This document shows positions 63,278 to 64,000 of a stretch of 64,000 nt of DNA, in pieces; positions within the stretch are counted from its first letter, which is position 1; each line of letters starts with the position of its first letter. A model generated the notes under the pieces. That model saw only the letters and a program-made list of their open reading frames with translations, ran no database searches and had not been told where the DNA came from. Source of the DNA: a virus (lineage: Duplodnaviria > Caudoviricetes); IMG/VR virus record IMGVR_UViG_3300035419_000202, positions 1-64,000 of that record. One strand, written 5' to 3'. A program made the position numbers and the translations under genes.

Positions 63278-63561
63278 TCGGTTACAATTTCGCCAGATGA
63301 CAACTTATATACTTTGAAGTCTTCACAGGAAAACAGTTCGTTAAGTTTCTGTGCTAAATTGTGTGCATGCCCTGGATTAGAAAAACTTGTTTTCTTATAT
63401 TTTGGTCCAGGATAATTTGTTAAAGCATTTGAACTTTTTAAATTGAATGGTTTTTCTTTATAGAATACAGCCCAGATAGCATCAGCATCTAGGACTTGCT
63501 CACATCTATAATTCTTTTTGTTTACATGTTCTAATAGAACATTTGGTTTGGGTCTGCTCAT
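63274..63561 (-). CDS. Hypothetical protein, 95 aa
   Basis: TAAGG SD-like site; KYKKTSFSNPGHA motif. Confidence 0.75.
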   Translation of the reverse strand: MSRPKPNVLLEHVNKKNYRCEQVLDADAIWAVFYKEKPFNLKSSNALTNYPGPKYKKTSFSNPGHAHNLAQKLNELFSCEDFKVYKLSSGEIVTE

Positions 63562-63595
63562 ATATACGTACCTTAATTAACTACGTATATATTTA
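63560..63595 (-). promoter_or_regulatory. TAAATA motif plus 11-bp inverted repeat enclosing the SD and start codon
   Basis: ATATATACGTA 63560-63570 / TACGTATATAT 63582-63592; TAAATA at 63590-63595. Confidence 0.55.
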
Positions 63596-63621
63596 TCTCT
63601 TTTTACAGTTATCTACGTGCT

Positions 63622-63834
63622 TTATAGTTTTATAGCGAGTAATAAAAATATAGCGATTAAAACAATGTTTGTAAAGAAGATACCTATTGCTAGTATAGTA
63701 TGATACCAAATCCAACGAGTTTTATAAGCATTTTCTATTGTTAGTTCTGAAGGATCTACGTCATCCTTCATTACATCAATAACTATATGATTAGTTTCTT
63801 TTGGATTTGATTTCCAAAATGTATACCATGACAT
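63622..63834 (-). CDS. Small membrane protein, 70 aa
   Basis: C-terminal hydrophobic helix ILAIGIFFTNIVLIAIFLLLAIKL; AGGA SD. Confidence 0.7.
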   Translation of the reverse strand: MSWYTFWKSNPKETNHIVIDVMKDDVDPSELTIENAYKTRWIWYHTILAIGIFFTNIVLIAIFLLLAIKL

Positions 63835-63846
63835 AAATTATCCTAA

Positions 63847-64000
63847 TTATTTCCAGTCTGCTCCACCGTCTAATTGTACCTCCACAGGCTCATTATCGAT
63901 GTTTTGTACGTGTTCTTTTATGAATTGTTCCATGTCACCGTTTAGGCGAGACATAACCTCGCCTAGAGTAAATGCAAGACGTTTTGCATTCTCTATATCA
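63847..64000 (-). CDS. Partial hypothetical protein (3' end only)
   Basis: Open frame ...DIENAKRLAFTLGEVMSRLNGDMEQFIKEHVQNIDNEPVEVQLDGGADWK* running off the window edge; not in the ORF track. Confidence 0.7.
   Translation of the reverse strand, partial: DIENAKRLAFTLGEVMSRLNGDMEQFIKEHVQNIDNEPVEVQLDGGADWK

Noticed and set aside
1-64000. CRISPR arrays, tRNAs, rRNAs, introns, inteins, transposases
   Set aside because: No regularly spaced repeats; GTTCGA hits (e.g. near 22050) lie inside coding frames without cloverleaf context; no mobile-element motifs seen.
1-64000. Alternative genetic code (stop-codon reassignment) as in some jumbo phages
   Set aside because: Standard-code ORFs tile the window almost completely; TAA, TAG and TGA all end genes cleanly, with overlaps to the next start.
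1-64000. Eukaryotic giant-virus origin (many GTs, GME-like gene)
   Set aside because: SD sequences, sigma70 promoters, coupled operons and tail-collar genes point to a bacteriophage.

Overview
A gene-dense, AT-rich (roughly one-third GC by eye) 64 kb segment of a very large tailed dsDNA bacteriophage genome (jumbo/T4-like myophage type; inferred from Shine-Dalgarno sites, sigma70 promoters, overlapping operonic genes, baseplate/tail-fibre genes and a TAAATA late-promoter-like motif). 1-24.7 kb: virion structural block with a 5'-truncated giant protein of at least 4,690 aa, three paralogous fibre proteins and a duplicated structural pair. 25.2-57.6 kb: a 37-gene enzyme island with 7 glycosyltransferase-like genes, a GDP-mannose 3,5-epimerase-like gene, a nucleotide-sugar dehydrogenase, 6 radical SAM enzymes, 9 Fe(II)/2OG dioxygenase genes, 2 methyltransferases, a flavin halogenase, kinase, phosphatase, minimal adenylation enzyme, GNAT, SGNH-like protein and two beta-propellers. 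57.7-64 kb: minus-strand block with an Mtd-N-like fibre protein, hypothetical genes and a MoxR AAA+/VWA-metallopeptidase pair. Most notable: the island itself (a candidate phage-encoded pathway for making and attaching a heavily decorated glycan or other modification), a likely overprinted +1-frame gene hidden in one radical SAM gene (50% GC patch, own GGAGGT), and hairpins that hide ribosome-binding sites around late-promoter motifs. No tRNA, rRNA, CRISPR array or mobile element was seen. All protein calls are from motifs read by eye, not database searches.
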